Shown here: piece by piece, positions 1-8,386 of the stretch
Layout: every line of letters starts with the position of its first letter
Numbering within the stretch: the stretch's first letter is position 1
From: an uncultured virus (IMG/VR IMGVR_UViG_3300031665_000001)
Lineage: Duplodnaviria; Heunggongvirae; Uroviricota; Caudoviricetes
Direction: 5' to 3' (one strand)
DNA: 20,000 nucleotides
IMG/VR virus record: IMGVR_UViG_3300031665_000001
The notes under the pieces: model-generated
The model's input: the letters and a program-made list of their open reading frames with translations, nothing else
Database searches by the model: none
Told to the model about the DNA's origin: nothing
Translations under genes and position numbers: made by a program

Positions 1-1
1 T

Positions 2-1990
2 CTGGATAATCTTATCAATCTTGTTTATACCTAAAATTACTATGTTATCTTGTTTATCCTGGATTGCTATTTCACTACAAATAAATTTATCTATATTATC
101 TATTATTATTCCATCTGTATTTATGTTAACTAATTTACTTTTTGGACTATTTTTTTTAATTAGTTTACATAATTCAATTGCCCTATATTGGCCATAGAGA
201 CATATAAAACGGCCTAATTGTTTGTGGGATATACTAAAGTTGAATTCTGAATTTATTAACCCATATAAGTAATTTAAGAGCAATTTACAACCATCTGATA
301 AGTATTCCAATCTATTCTTTAATTCTTCTAATTCTTGTAATTCACCTTGATATTCCATTATATCTGCTCCATCATTACCTCCTTCATCTATTTTAGTATA
401 GATAGCATTTATTTTTTCATCTATTTCTTTTAGTTGTACTTTAACTTCAAAGTTCCTAAAATTATAGAGTGCCTTGTATAATGGTATTTTTATTATTTTT
501 CCATAATATTTCTCAAATAATATTATAATACTTGGGTATAAACTTCTGTAATCTAGATGCCATAAGTTTTCATTTATGTATTTCTCTATAGCACCGTGAA
601 TCCCGCCTAACCCCGTTGTAACCTCAGTTCCAAACAGATTAAAAGTATCAAATGAATCAACTATTACCTGTATTTGTCCTTCATGTTCTTGTTGCTTATC
701 ATCATTAATATACTCTTTTTCGTATGATTCACAATATAATTCTTTTAATTTCTTGTCTTTTTTTATAAATCCATGATTATTTACAAATTCTACAAAATCA
801 TCGAATTTCTTATAACCTGTGGGTTTTATGTAATCTGTCATATTAATTGATTTTTGTAAATAATCTGTAGCTTTTTTGAAATCTATACCAAACTTATTTT
901 TAGGTTTTTTAAAGTGTTCATATTTTTCTATAATTTCATTAAATGACTTAATGAAAGCACCATCACCATGAGGTATTAATTCACCACTTAAAAATTCAGT
1001 TTCATATGTACCATTTGATTTTTCAGTTAATTCATTTAATTCATCTAACATTTCACCATACGTGAATTCATCTAATTCCATTTCAGATTCTTGTTTTAAT
1101 GAATCATTTGAATCATTTGAAACATAACCAGGTAATGAAAAGGCATTAATTAATAAGTTTGTATTATTTTCACTATGAATCATTCGTTCGTTAGGTTCGA
1201 ATGATTCATCGAACATCTTAATTGCTTCACATGCCTTTACCCTATTTTCAATGATAGGAAGGCAGTGTTTTTGAAAATACCTGAATAGAAAGTCACTATC
1301 ATTCAGAGCATATTTTTTGAAATCTTCATATTTACCACTTTCAACAAGTTCATTATAATCAAATGAATGTTCAAAATCATGAGTAATATTAGTTTGTTCT
1401 TCAAAAAGTTGAATATTTTTCAAAGATATTGATGGTCTTATTACGCCATCATTTCTTATTGTATAGTAATACAGCATTTTAGGAACATCTATAATATTAA
1501 GGTTTTTAAAAACCTTAGATTGTCCTAACAGGTAAGGAAATTCTTCTAAAAAAGATGTAATATATTTATCATTTTTATTTAAACTTATTCTTTCTATTGA
1601 TTCTTTAAATAACTCAGTTTTATTATCAAATTGAGTTTCTAGTCTATAATAATAATTACACCAGAATTCTCTATTGATTCTAAAATAATTTAATTGTCCC
1701 ATTATCAAGTAATCATTAACTCTCCTTAATTTTGTCGGAATATCGGTAATTCCTTTTTCAACGAATTTACAAAGAGCATTAAGCATGGTTTTGTCGTAGT
1801 TAATTGAGTAGCAATACATCGATCTGTTAGCTTTTTTGAGATTGTTATAGAATCTATAGCAATCTTTATCACTTTTGCACTCTATCATTTTTGATTCTTC
1901 CATATTCTCATTTCTCCATTGATAGGAGAAATAAGAGCCTTTAAGACATTCTGTATCAAACACTTGATACTTTAAGTTTTCTGTTAACAT
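2..1990 (-). CDS. Family B DNA polymerase with 3'-5' exonuclease (C-terminus runs off the window; 663 aa visible)
   Basis: Translated by hand from ATG at 1990 (RBS AAGGAG upstream), open to base 2. Motifs: ExoI FDTE, ExoII YSINYD, ExoIII YALND, GLGGIHG, motif A DYRSLYPSII (530-553), motif B KLLLNYLYG (260-286), motif C NTDGI (about 107-121). Confidence 0.95.
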   Translation of the reverse strand, partial: MLTENLKYQVFDTECLKGSYFSYQWRNENMEESKMIECKSDKDCYRFYNNLKKANRSMYCYSINYDKTMLNALCKFVEKGITDIPTKLRRVNDYLIMGQLNYFRINREFWCNYYYRLETQFDNKTELFKESIERISLNKNDKYITSFLEEFPYLLGQSKVFKNLNIIDVPKMLYYYTIRNDGVIRPSISLKNIQLFEEQTNITHDFEHSFDYNELVESGKYEDFKKYALNDSDFLFRYFQKHCLPIIENRVKACEAIKMFDESFEPNERMIHSENNTNLLINAFSLPGYVSNDSNDSLKQESEMELDEFTYGEMLDELNELTEKSNGTYETEFLSGELIPHGDGAFIKSFNEIIEKYEHFKKPKNKFGIDFKKATDYLQKSINMTDYIKPTGYKKFDDFVEFVNNHGFIKKDKKLKELYCESYEKEYINDDKQQEHEGQIQVIVDSFDTFNLFGTEVTTGLGGIHGAIEKYINENLWHLDYRSLYPSIIILFEKYYGKIIKIPLYKALYNFRNFEVKVQLKEIDEKINAIYTKIDEGGNDGADIMEYQGELQELEELKNRLEYLSDGCKLLLNYLYGLINSEFNFSISHKQLGRFICLYGQYRAIELCKLIKKNSPKSKLVNINTDGIIIDNIDKFICSEIAIQDKQDNIVILGINKIDKIIQ

Positions 1991-2027
1991 CTAATATCAA
2001 CTCCTTTATTTTTTTTTTTTCATATTT

Positions 2028-2387
2028 TTAGATTTTGATAAATTCTCTAACTTTCTTTATATTTTCTATATCCATCTTAATGAGTTCTTTATCTATGTCT
2101 AAAATAAGATTATGGCCTTTTTGCCAATTTTTAATTATCTCTATTGTTTCATTACAATATTCGTATAACCCGGGTATTGATGACCTGTAAATTATATTTG
2201 ATATACTGATTAAATCTCCATGATGATTTTTTTCTTGACATAAGTCTACACGTATTTGTATTTTAGGATATCCACGATAAATAGATATGAATAAACAAGC
2301 ACTTCTAATGTTATCTGTAGTAGTTTTAAATGGTTCCATTAATCGTATTAATCCATCAACATCATAACAATATTTTTTTTCATCCAT
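2028..2387 (-). CDS. Hypothetical protein (119 aa from MDEKKY)
   Basis: ORF track 2028..2444. GGAGG at 2398-2402 favours the ATG at 2387. No recognisable motif. Confidence 0.7.
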   Translation of the reverse strand: MDEKKYCYDVDGLIRLMEPFKTTTDNIRSACLFISIYRGYPKIQIRVDLCQEKNHHGDLISISNIIYRSSIPGLYEYCNETIEIIKNWQKGHNLILDIDKELIKMDIENIKKVREFIKI

Positions 2388-2418
2388 TTCTAAAAAACCT
2401 CCATTTTTATTTAAAATG

Positions 2419-2449
2419 AATACATGGATAACTAAGTTATCCATGTATT
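2419..2449. promoter_or_regulatory. 31-bp palindrome (15-bp arms, 1-nt centre), candidate operator or 5' hairpin upstream of the polymerase transcription unit
   Basis: AATACATGGATAACT-A-AGTTATCCATGTATT, intergenic, just downstream (minus strand) of a TAAAAT -10-like box. Confidence 0.6.
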
Positions 2450-2471
2450 ACATTTTATATTATTATACTTT

Positions 2472-3197
2472 TTAGTTAAATGGTGAATCGTCATCATCAC
2501 CCAATGGTATTCCATGTAATAAATCGTCACTTGTTGTCTCAGAACCAACAGCTTTTTGTAAAACTTCTTCTTTTTCATTTTCTCCAAACTCTACAGCATC
2601 AAAAGCATCTTCTGCACTAATATCAAATTCAAATGCAGGGTTTTGGTCAAATACTTGTATTTTAGTTACAAAGCATGTAACACCTTTATTTGTTCCCCTG
2701 TCATAATTTTTGAACTGCAATACTGCATTGCAATATTTTCCATCTAATTCAGCATCTTCTTCTGGTTCATATGGTTTAACATATTTATCATAGAATTTGA
2801 TATTAAATTTAGAATGAACTTTTAAAAAATGTGTATTTAAAAGTCTATCTCCATTCTTTTCTTTACTTTCTAATTCTTCTGCTTTTTTGTCTCCATTTTT
2901 AAAACAGCTAATTCCAGATTTTGGAATTTTGTGTTCTTTCCATAACTTAATTATAATATTTTTAATTTCTTCTATACTAGGATTTTTACTACCATCAGGC
3001 AATGTATTATTAATAAGTATTTCTGCCCTATGTTCTAAACTGTCATTGTTCTTTAATTCTTGTTTATATTTTTCTTTAGGTACTCTTACAAAAGTACCTG
3101 TCTTTGATTTGTATTGACCATCCAATAAACAAGAAAATTGTAATGTGTTTAAATTAACACCTTTTAACACATAATTAATTTTTGTATCTTTACTCAT
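2472..3197 (-). CDS. Phage single-stranded DNA-binding protein (DUF2815 / T7 gp2.5-like)
   Basis: CFKNGD and GKYCNAVLQFKNYDRGTNKGVTCFVTKIQV resemble the DUF2815 core. Acidic tail ending DDDDSPFN. Lies between the polymerase and the helicase. Confidence 0.8.
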   Translation of the reverse strand: MSKDTKINYVLKGVNLNTLQFSCLLDGQYKSKTGTFVRVPKEKYKQELKNNDSLEHRAEILINNTLPDGSKNPSIEEIKNIIIKLWKEHKIPKSGISCFKNGDKKAEELESKEKNGDRLLNTHFLKVHSKFNIKFYDKYVKPYEPEEDAELDGKYCNAVLQFKNYDRGTNKGVTCFVTKIQVFDQNPAFEFDISAEDAFDAVEFGENEKEEVLQKAVGSETTSDDLLHGIPLGDDDDSPFN

Positions 3198-3254
3198 TTT
3201 TCATTCTCCTTTATATTTTTAGTATTTTTTTGTGTTCTCTTATGAACAATTATT

Positions 3255-3283
3255 ATTATATAATAGTTATTACAGAATGTCAA
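3255..3283 (-). promoter_or_regulatory. sigma70/sigmaA-type promoter for SSB
   Basis: Minus strand TTGACA-ttcTGTAAtaactatta(17)-TATAAT. Confidence 0.85.
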
Positions 3284-3325
3284 CACTTTTTTTGAAAAAA
3301 TGTAAAAAATTTAATTCAATAAGTA

Positions 3326-4984
3326 TTATGTTAATTCTTTTCTAAAATCTTCCATGATTCTTCTGATTACTTTCGAATCTGAATCACCTAGAGCAGCTTT
3401 AGCACTCTGTTTTTCACTCATTATCTTATTGTGTTTATATTGATGTATTGTTTTTTCTACTATTATAAAGTAATAAAATTTTGTCCTGGTACTAGTCATC
3501 CTGTGAATTCTGTTTTCAAATTGTAGATTGACTCCATAATTCCATTCAATATCAGCATAGATAATGTAATCACAGCAATCAAGATTTGCTCCTTCGGCCA
3601 GACATTTAATAGTAGTCACTAAAATTCCAGTATTATCTTCTTTGAATTTTTCTACTATTTCATACCTATTTCTTACCTGTGAATTTATAAGGTATACATT
3701 TCTTCCAGGATATTTATTTTCTAATGATTTTTGAAGATTTTTTGACATTTCTATATATGTACATGCTACCATTATCCGTTGTTCTCCGATATCATCACAT
3801 AAATTTATAGTTGCATTTTTTACACAAGATACATCATGTCCACCTAAAATTACAGGATTTTGAGCAATCTGACATATCCTAATAAACTTTTCTACATCTG
3901 ATTCAATTATGTCTCCTGATGGATTTAAATAGTCTTCTAGTGCATCATTATAATATTTAGTTTGCTTGTCATTCATATAAACTGGAACATTCATATAAAT
4001 TTTATCAGGTAATTCACTGGCAACATCTTCTTTTAACTTCCTGATCATATATCTATTTATTAATTGTTGGAATTCTTTAGGTCTTATAACATGACCTATT
4101 ACTAATACATTTCTAAAACCCTCATGTACATCGCAATAATACTTAACAAAAGTCCAATAGCTTGTAAACCTTTCCCTATCTAATATCTTTAATAAACTAT
4201 AAATTTCACCAGGATTTTTAGTTAGTGGTGTACCTGTGAGCATAAGTCTATTTGTGGTATTGATTGCATATGCACCCTTAGATATTTGACTATCTCTAGT
4301 TTTTAATCTATGTGCTTCATCCCAAATTACCAGGTCAAACTTAGTCTTCTGAATATACTCATGTACATTAATTTCTATTACCTTACCATTTTTCTTAGTT
4401 TTTACTCTTATCTGTTCATAGTTAATGATTAAGATAATTTTCTTTTGTTCCTGATGTTTTTTGAATTGTTGTTCCCTTTGTTCTGGTGTTCCATCGATAA
4501 TTGTATAAGTAAGTTTGGGACACCATTTTTCAATTTCTTCACCCCATGAATATTTAAGGTAACTTGGGCATACTATCATTGTCTTGTATGCTTTTATTGC
4601 TTTAATACAATTGATACCTATTAGTGTTTTTCCCAAACCCATGTCGTAACCTATGATACAATTCCTAACGTTTAAAAAATAGTTTACTGCTTCTAACTGA
4701 TATTCTTTTAATTCTTTATTTAAATTATCTAAAATGGTTCTTTTTTGATTTAAAGCTAATTTATTTTTTTCAATTTCCTTCTGATACCAGGTTTTTACTT
4801 CTTCTGTAGCTTCTGGCTTTTCTGATGTTTGTTTGAGAAGATTACAAAGGGCTTGTATATCTAGATTCATACTGGCATAACCCTTAAGATAATTAGGAGT
4901 CCAGCCAATTAATTGGTGAGACTCAATTTCATTTAAATTATCAGATTCTATATATAATCTTTTTCTTTTGATTGATATATTCAT
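3326..4984 (-). CDS. SNF2-family (SF2) helicase/translocase
   Basis: LKEYQ, motif I DMGLGKT, Ia IVCP, II DEAH, III LTGTP, V EGANL, VI QFENRIHR. Confidence 0.93.
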   Translation of the reverse strand: MNISIKRKRLYIESDNLNEIESHQLIGWTPNYLKGYASMNLDIQALCNLLKQTSEKPEATEEVKTWYQKEIEKNKLALNQKRTILDNLNKELKEYQLEAVNYFLNVRNCIIGYDMGLGKTLIGINCIKAIKAYKTMIVCPSYLKYSWGEEIEKWCPKLTYTIIDGTPEQREQQFKKHQEQKKIILIINYEQIRVKTKKNGKVIEINVHEYIQKTKFDLVIWDEAHRLKTRDSQISKGAYAINTTNRLMLTGTPLTKNPGEIYSLLKILDRERFTSYWTFVKYYCDVHEGFRNVLVIGHVIRPKEFQQLINRYMIRKLKEDVASELPDKIYMNVPVYMNDKQTKYYNDALEDYLNPSGDIIESDVEKFIRICQIAQNPVILGGHDVSCVKNATINLCDDIGEQRIMVACTYIEMSKNLQKSLENKYPGRNVYLINSQVRNRYEIVEKFKEDNTGILVTTIKCLAEGANLDCCDYIIYADIEWNYGVNLQFENRIHRMTSTRTKFYYFIIVEKTIHQYKHNKIMSEKQSAKAALGDSDSKVIRRIMEDFRKELT

Positions 4985-5229
4985 TATCTATTTACTCCTT
5001 TCTCTCTTATTTTTTTTATTAAAGATGACATAAGTATAAAAGGATATATGAAGGATACTATTAATATTGGTATCATGAGAATAATTATATTATCTCCATA
5101 ATCTTGTACAAATTTTGAAAAAAAATCTCTATATCCTTCATGTTCTTTTTTTAATTTTTTAGTTGCTTTAGGTATTAAAATATATCCTAGTATTAAACCT
5201 ATTATCCAGTAAAATATAAAAAATTTCAT
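4984..5229 (-). CDS. Small membrane protein (2 predicted TM)
   Basis: Two hydrophobic stretches; AGAGGA RBS; stop overlaps the helicase start. Confidence 0.7.
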   Translation of the reverse strand: MKFFIFYWIIGLILGYILIPKATKKLKKEHEGYRDFFSKFVQDYGDNIIILMIPILIVSFIYPFILMSSLIKKIREKGVNR

Positions 5230-5354
5230 TTTCTTTTATTCCTCTTTCTTTTGGGTTTACCAAATAATTTTTTTTAACGCCATGATTCTCTAGAATGACG
5301 AGGGAATCAATATAGCTGCTAGTAAATACATTATCGATTGGTCTATTGTTTTTA

Positions 5355-5660
5355 TCATTTTTTATATCCCTCTTTAAATTGAATTATTCTATGTTTTACA
5401 ATATCAAACATGTAATCTATTATATATTCTTTATTGTCTTCAAATATGTTATATATATTATCAATATCATCTACTACTATCATCATATTATCTTTATCTA
5501 ATTTATTTATTGATTCTATAGATACATTTCTGTTATAACCTTCATATAATCCTAATTTACATATCAGATTACATAATTTTTGTGATATTTCACATATTTC
5601 ATATTCATTTAAATGAAATACTGTATTTATATCGAGTATAGTTAAATTTTTTTCTTTCAT
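5355..5660 (-). CDS. Hypothetical protein
   Basis: 101-aa ORF with GGAG RBS. Confidence 0.7.
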   Translation of the reverse strand: MKEKNLTILDINTVFHLNEYEICEISQKLCNLICKLGLYEGYNRNVSIESINKLDKDNMMIVVDDIDNIYNIFEDNKEYIIDYMFDIVKHRIIQFKEGYKK

Positions 5661-5712
5661 ATTTCAATCTCCAATCTATTTAAGACATAATTTGTATTAG
5701 ATATTACAGTAA

Positions 5713-6138
5713 TCATTTGAATTTTTCAATCCCTCCATGTTTATTTAAGTACCATAAAATATGGGCGAAAGCATCTATATTATGTATTCTATATGAATAT
5801 TTATCAAAATTACTTTTCATATATTTTTCTGCTATTTTTCTGAATCCACGTCTTAAAGATGGTGGATTTTGATAATAATTTAACTTATTAACTTCACAAT
5901 ATCCTTCTATATAACCTACTTTCTTACACATATCAAATTGATCTTGAGTAATCATTCTTCCTACGTTTTTTTCGAATATAATGATATCGTCAGGTCCTAC
6001 AGTTTCTAATGTTGTATTAATATCTTTATAATTAAATAGAATCTGCATAGACTCTATTGTACCTTTTTGTCTATTAAATCTTACATATCCTGTAGACTCA
6101 CCTGGATCGAAACTATGTATAAATTTATTATATTTCAA
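5713..6138 (-). CDS. RuvC-like (RNase H fold) Holliday junction resolvase/nuclease
   Basis: SFDPGESTG (first catalytic Asp), IIIFE, C-terminal HNIDAFAH. Probable TTG start at 6138 after GGGGGA; the ORF track extends it to 6177. Confidence 0.8.
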   Translation of the reverse strand: MKYNKFIHSFDPGESTGYVRFNRQKGTIESMQILFNYKDINTTLETVGPDDIIIFEKNVGRMITQDQFDMCKKVGYIEGYCEVNKLNYYQNPPSLRRGFRKIAEKYMKSNFDKYSYRIHNIDAFAHILWYLNKHGGIEKFK

Positions 6139-6382
6139 CTTCTGATCCCCCCGATTCTTCAATATCTTTAATGACATTCATTTTCATTGATTCTCCAAAA
6201 TCTTTTAATGCTTCCATTTTTGTTGATTCGCTTAACTCTTTTGATACTTTATCACTATTTAAATGATAAATAGCTTTTTCAATACTTTCGGCTGCCTTAT
6301 AATGCTTGTTCTCAGTTAAAATTTCAATAGACAATTCAAGATTGCCTATTAATGCTTCCATTATCTGATTATTTTTATCCAT
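6128..6382 (-). CDS. Hypothetical protein
   Basis: 84-aa ORF with AAGGGGA RBS. Confidence 0.7.
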   Translation of the reverse strand: MDKNNQIMEALIGNLELSIEILTENKHYKAAESIEKAIYHLNSDKVSKELSESTKMEALKDFGESMKMNVIKDIEESGGSEVEI

Positions 6383-6546
6383 CAGTTTTTATCCCCTTTA
6401 TAATGTTTTTTATTGAACTCATGATGTAAATTAGTACACCATTGTTTTACTGTGTCTTTTGTAAATGTACCACAATATTTACAAAAATTATATTTTTTCT
6501 TTTTTGAATACTTTGAAGTATTTATTGCATTTTGTTTATTCTTCAT
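6382..6546 (-). CDS. Small basic zinc-finger-like protein (54 aa, not in ORF track)
   Basis: MKNKQNAINTSKYSKKKKYNFCKYCGTFTKDTVKQWCTNLHHEFNKKHYKGDKN. AAAGGGGA RBS, first gene after the promoter at 6580-6608, TGATG overlap with the next gene. Confidence 0.75.
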   Translation of the reverse strand: MKNKQNAINTSKYSKKKKYNFCKYCGTFTKDTVKQWCTNLHHEFNKKHYKGDKN

Positions 6547-6579
6547 ATTTTTTAATCCCCTTTATATTTTAATAATTAC

Positions 6580-6608
6580 ATTATATTACTTATTTTACAT
6601 TAAGTCAA
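6580..6608 (-). promoter_or_regulatory. sigma70/sigmaA-type promoter
   Basis: TTGACT-taaTGTAAaataagtaa(17)-TATAAT. Confidence 0.8.
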
Positions 6609-6637
6609 ATAAAAAAAAGAGAGATAAACTCTCTTTT
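6608..6637 (-). terminator. Intrinsic terminator
   Basis: AAAAGAGAG/CTCTCTTTT stem with a 5-nt loop followed by a T-run on the minus strand, at the stop of 6636..6878. Confidence 0.7.
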
Positions 6638-6878
6638 AGTTTTCTGTAACTAGTTTCATTATTTTTTCTACTATGTTATCTATTTCATGGACATGAATCA
6701 TATCAAACTCACACATTACTTGCGTTTCAGGACATACTGTTGGATCATCAAGGCTTTCTTGTGATGTTCTATAACTATCAATTATTTCTTTTATTTCATC
6801 AGCTAATTTTGAATATTGCTTATTATATTCTTCTTTAGCTTTTTCTAAGTTTAACATAGCTTGTTTTAATTCATACAT
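6636..6878 (-). CDS. Hypothetical coiled-coil protein
   Basis: 80-aa ORF with strong AAGGAGGT RBS. Confidence 0.75.
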   Translation of the reverse strand: MYELKQAMLNLEKAKEEYNKQYSKLADEIKEIIDSYRTSQESLDDPTVCPETQVMCEFDMIHVHEIDNIVEKIMKLVTEN

Positions 6879-6896
6879 TCTTATACCTCCTTGTAA

Positions 6897-7247
6897 TTAT
6901 CTTTTATCTCTTAAAAATTTACATAGTAAACTTTTAAATTTTTCATCATTTTTATCATTATATTTAATCAATGCTTCCATATTATAAGGTGCTAATAAAT
7001 CATAAATCAATTTACATAGATTATGTGAATTGATTATTTCACACTCTGATTTTTCAAAATTGAAACGAAATGTACCCGAAAATCCTTGTAATTTTAGAAA
7101 TTGTGAATCTAATTTAGGATCAGGATATGTAAGACCATGATGCTTGAATACTATTGCTTTCTTTATATCTACATAATTATGGTCTGAAATAAACTTTGCC
7201 TGATTGTGGTCATAAGCTATTATTACATCTCTAATTTTTTTATTCAT
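6897..7247 (-). CDS. Hypothetical protein, tandem paralog B
   Basis: Likely start MNKKIRD after GGAGGG. Paralog of 7286..7669. Confidence 0.75.
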   Translation of the reverse strand: MNKKIRDVIIAYDHNQAKFISDHNYVDIKKAIVFKHHGLTYPDPKLDSQFLKLQGFSGTFRFNFEKSECEIINSHNLCKLIYDLLAPYNMEALIKYNDKNDEKFKSLLCKFLRDKR

Positions 7248-7285
7248 TTTTATCATCCCTCCATTTATCATGTTTTTAATATACT

Positions 7286-7669
7286 TTACCTATGAATATC
7301 TTTTGATACTTTTGATAATAATCTACCAAATGTTTCATCTGCTAAAATGCGATATTTAACCTCATGAGTTGATAATAAATCATAAATCAATTCCCATAAT
7401 TTAGGTGTATCTATTATTTCACATATTGAATGTTCAAAATGGAAACAAAATGTTCCTGAAAATCCTTTTAATTGTTGAAATTGTGAATTTAATTTAGGAT
7501 TAAGGTATGTAACATTTTCTTTAACATTCAAACAATCTGATGATTCACCATGATGCCTGAATACTATTGCTTTCTTTATATCTATATGATTATGGTCTGA
7601 AATAAACTTTGCCTGATTATGGTTATAAGCTATTATTACATCTCTAATTTTTTTATTCATTTTTTTCAT
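7286..7669 (-). CDS. Hypothetical protein, tandem paralog A
   Basis: Shares MNKKIRDVIIAYxHNQAKFISDHNxxDIKKAIVFxHHG and GFSGTFxFxFE with 6897..7247. Confidence 0.75.
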   Translation of the reverse strand: MKKMNKKIRDVIIAYNHNQAKFISDHNHIDIKKAIVFRHHGESSDCLNVKENVTYLNPKLNSQFQQLKGFSGTFCFHFEHSICEIIDTPKLWELIYDLLSTHEVKYRILADETFGRLLSKVSKDIHR

Positions 7670-7693
7670 CTTCTTTCTTTTTTTTAATCTCTT

Positions 7694-8104
7694 TTATAAA
7701 TATTTATCTGGAAGTTCATCTTCTTCTATGTCTTCTTCTATGTCTTCTAATGTATAATCCTCATCAATATTTTTTTCTATAATATAATGATCTACTAAAT
7801 CTAAGTAATAATCAAAATCCTCAATCACTGAACATGAATATAATAATATTACCTTGCTATTAGTTATATCAATTCCTGATTTTTTTAATTTCTTAACTTC
7901 ATCATTTATATCGTTCCACATATCATATTCAACCCAAGGTTGTTCTGCTATCTCATATGTTTTTATTTTTCCATTATTCAAGACGTCTAAGTATATTACA
8001 CAATTTACTTTATTCTTATGTTCTAACCTGAACAACTCATCCCTTTGTTGCTCAGGTGTCATTTTTTCCAATGATTTCATTATCTTCTTCATTGTCTCAT
8101 TCAT
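7694..8104 (-). CDS. Hypothetical protein with acidic C-terminus
   Basis: 136 aa; AAAGGAGAG RBS; first gene after promoter 8139-8167. Confidence 0.75.
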   Translation of the reverse strand: MNETMKKIMKSLEKMTPEQQRDELFRLEHKNKVNCVIYLDVLNNGKIKTYEIAEQPWVEYDMWNDINDEVKKLKKSGIDITNSKVILLYSCSVIEDFDYYLDLVDHYIIEKNIDEDYTLEDIEEDIEEDELPDKYL

Positions 8105-8138
8105 CTTTTTATTCTCTCCTTTATATTTTAATAAGGTA

Positions 8139-8167
8139 ATCGTATTATACCATTTACATTATGTCAA
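8139..8167 (-). promoter_or_regulatory. sigma70/sigmaA-type promoter
   Basis: TTGACA-taaTGTAAatggtataa(17)-TACGAT. The -35 is bracketed by the inverted pair ATTTACATTA/TAATGTAAAT. Confidence 0.7.
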
Positions 8168-8279
8168 GTATTTTTTTAAATAATGTAAATTAATTAAAAA
8201 ATAAATGTTCATTTTGTTGCTAGGGGAACAATCTACTACTTAGCAAGATAATTATGTAAAAATGGATATAAGTTTTATA

Positions 8280-8336
8280 TGGAGATATAAAAAGTAATTG
8301 TTGCAAATAATGCAACAATTACTTTTTATATCTCCA
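8280..8336. repeat. Perfect inverted repeat, 26-bp arms, 5-nt loop
   Basis: TGGAGATATAAAAAGTAATTGTTGCA-AATAA-TGCAACAATTACTTTTTATATCTCCA, intergenic. Confidence 0.95.
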
Positions 8337-8386
8337 CACAGCATTACAAAAATCAATTGCACACTAACCTATAATATTTTTCCTTT

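Noticed and set aside
930..1260. Intein or intron in the polymerase
   Set aside because: The frame is continuous, with no C/S...HN-C/S/T splice motifs or LAGLIDADG blocks seen.
6897..7669. Diversity-generating retroelement TR/VR pair
   Set aside because: Differences are not confined to adenines, both copies are coding 5' ends, and no reverse transcriptase is in the window.
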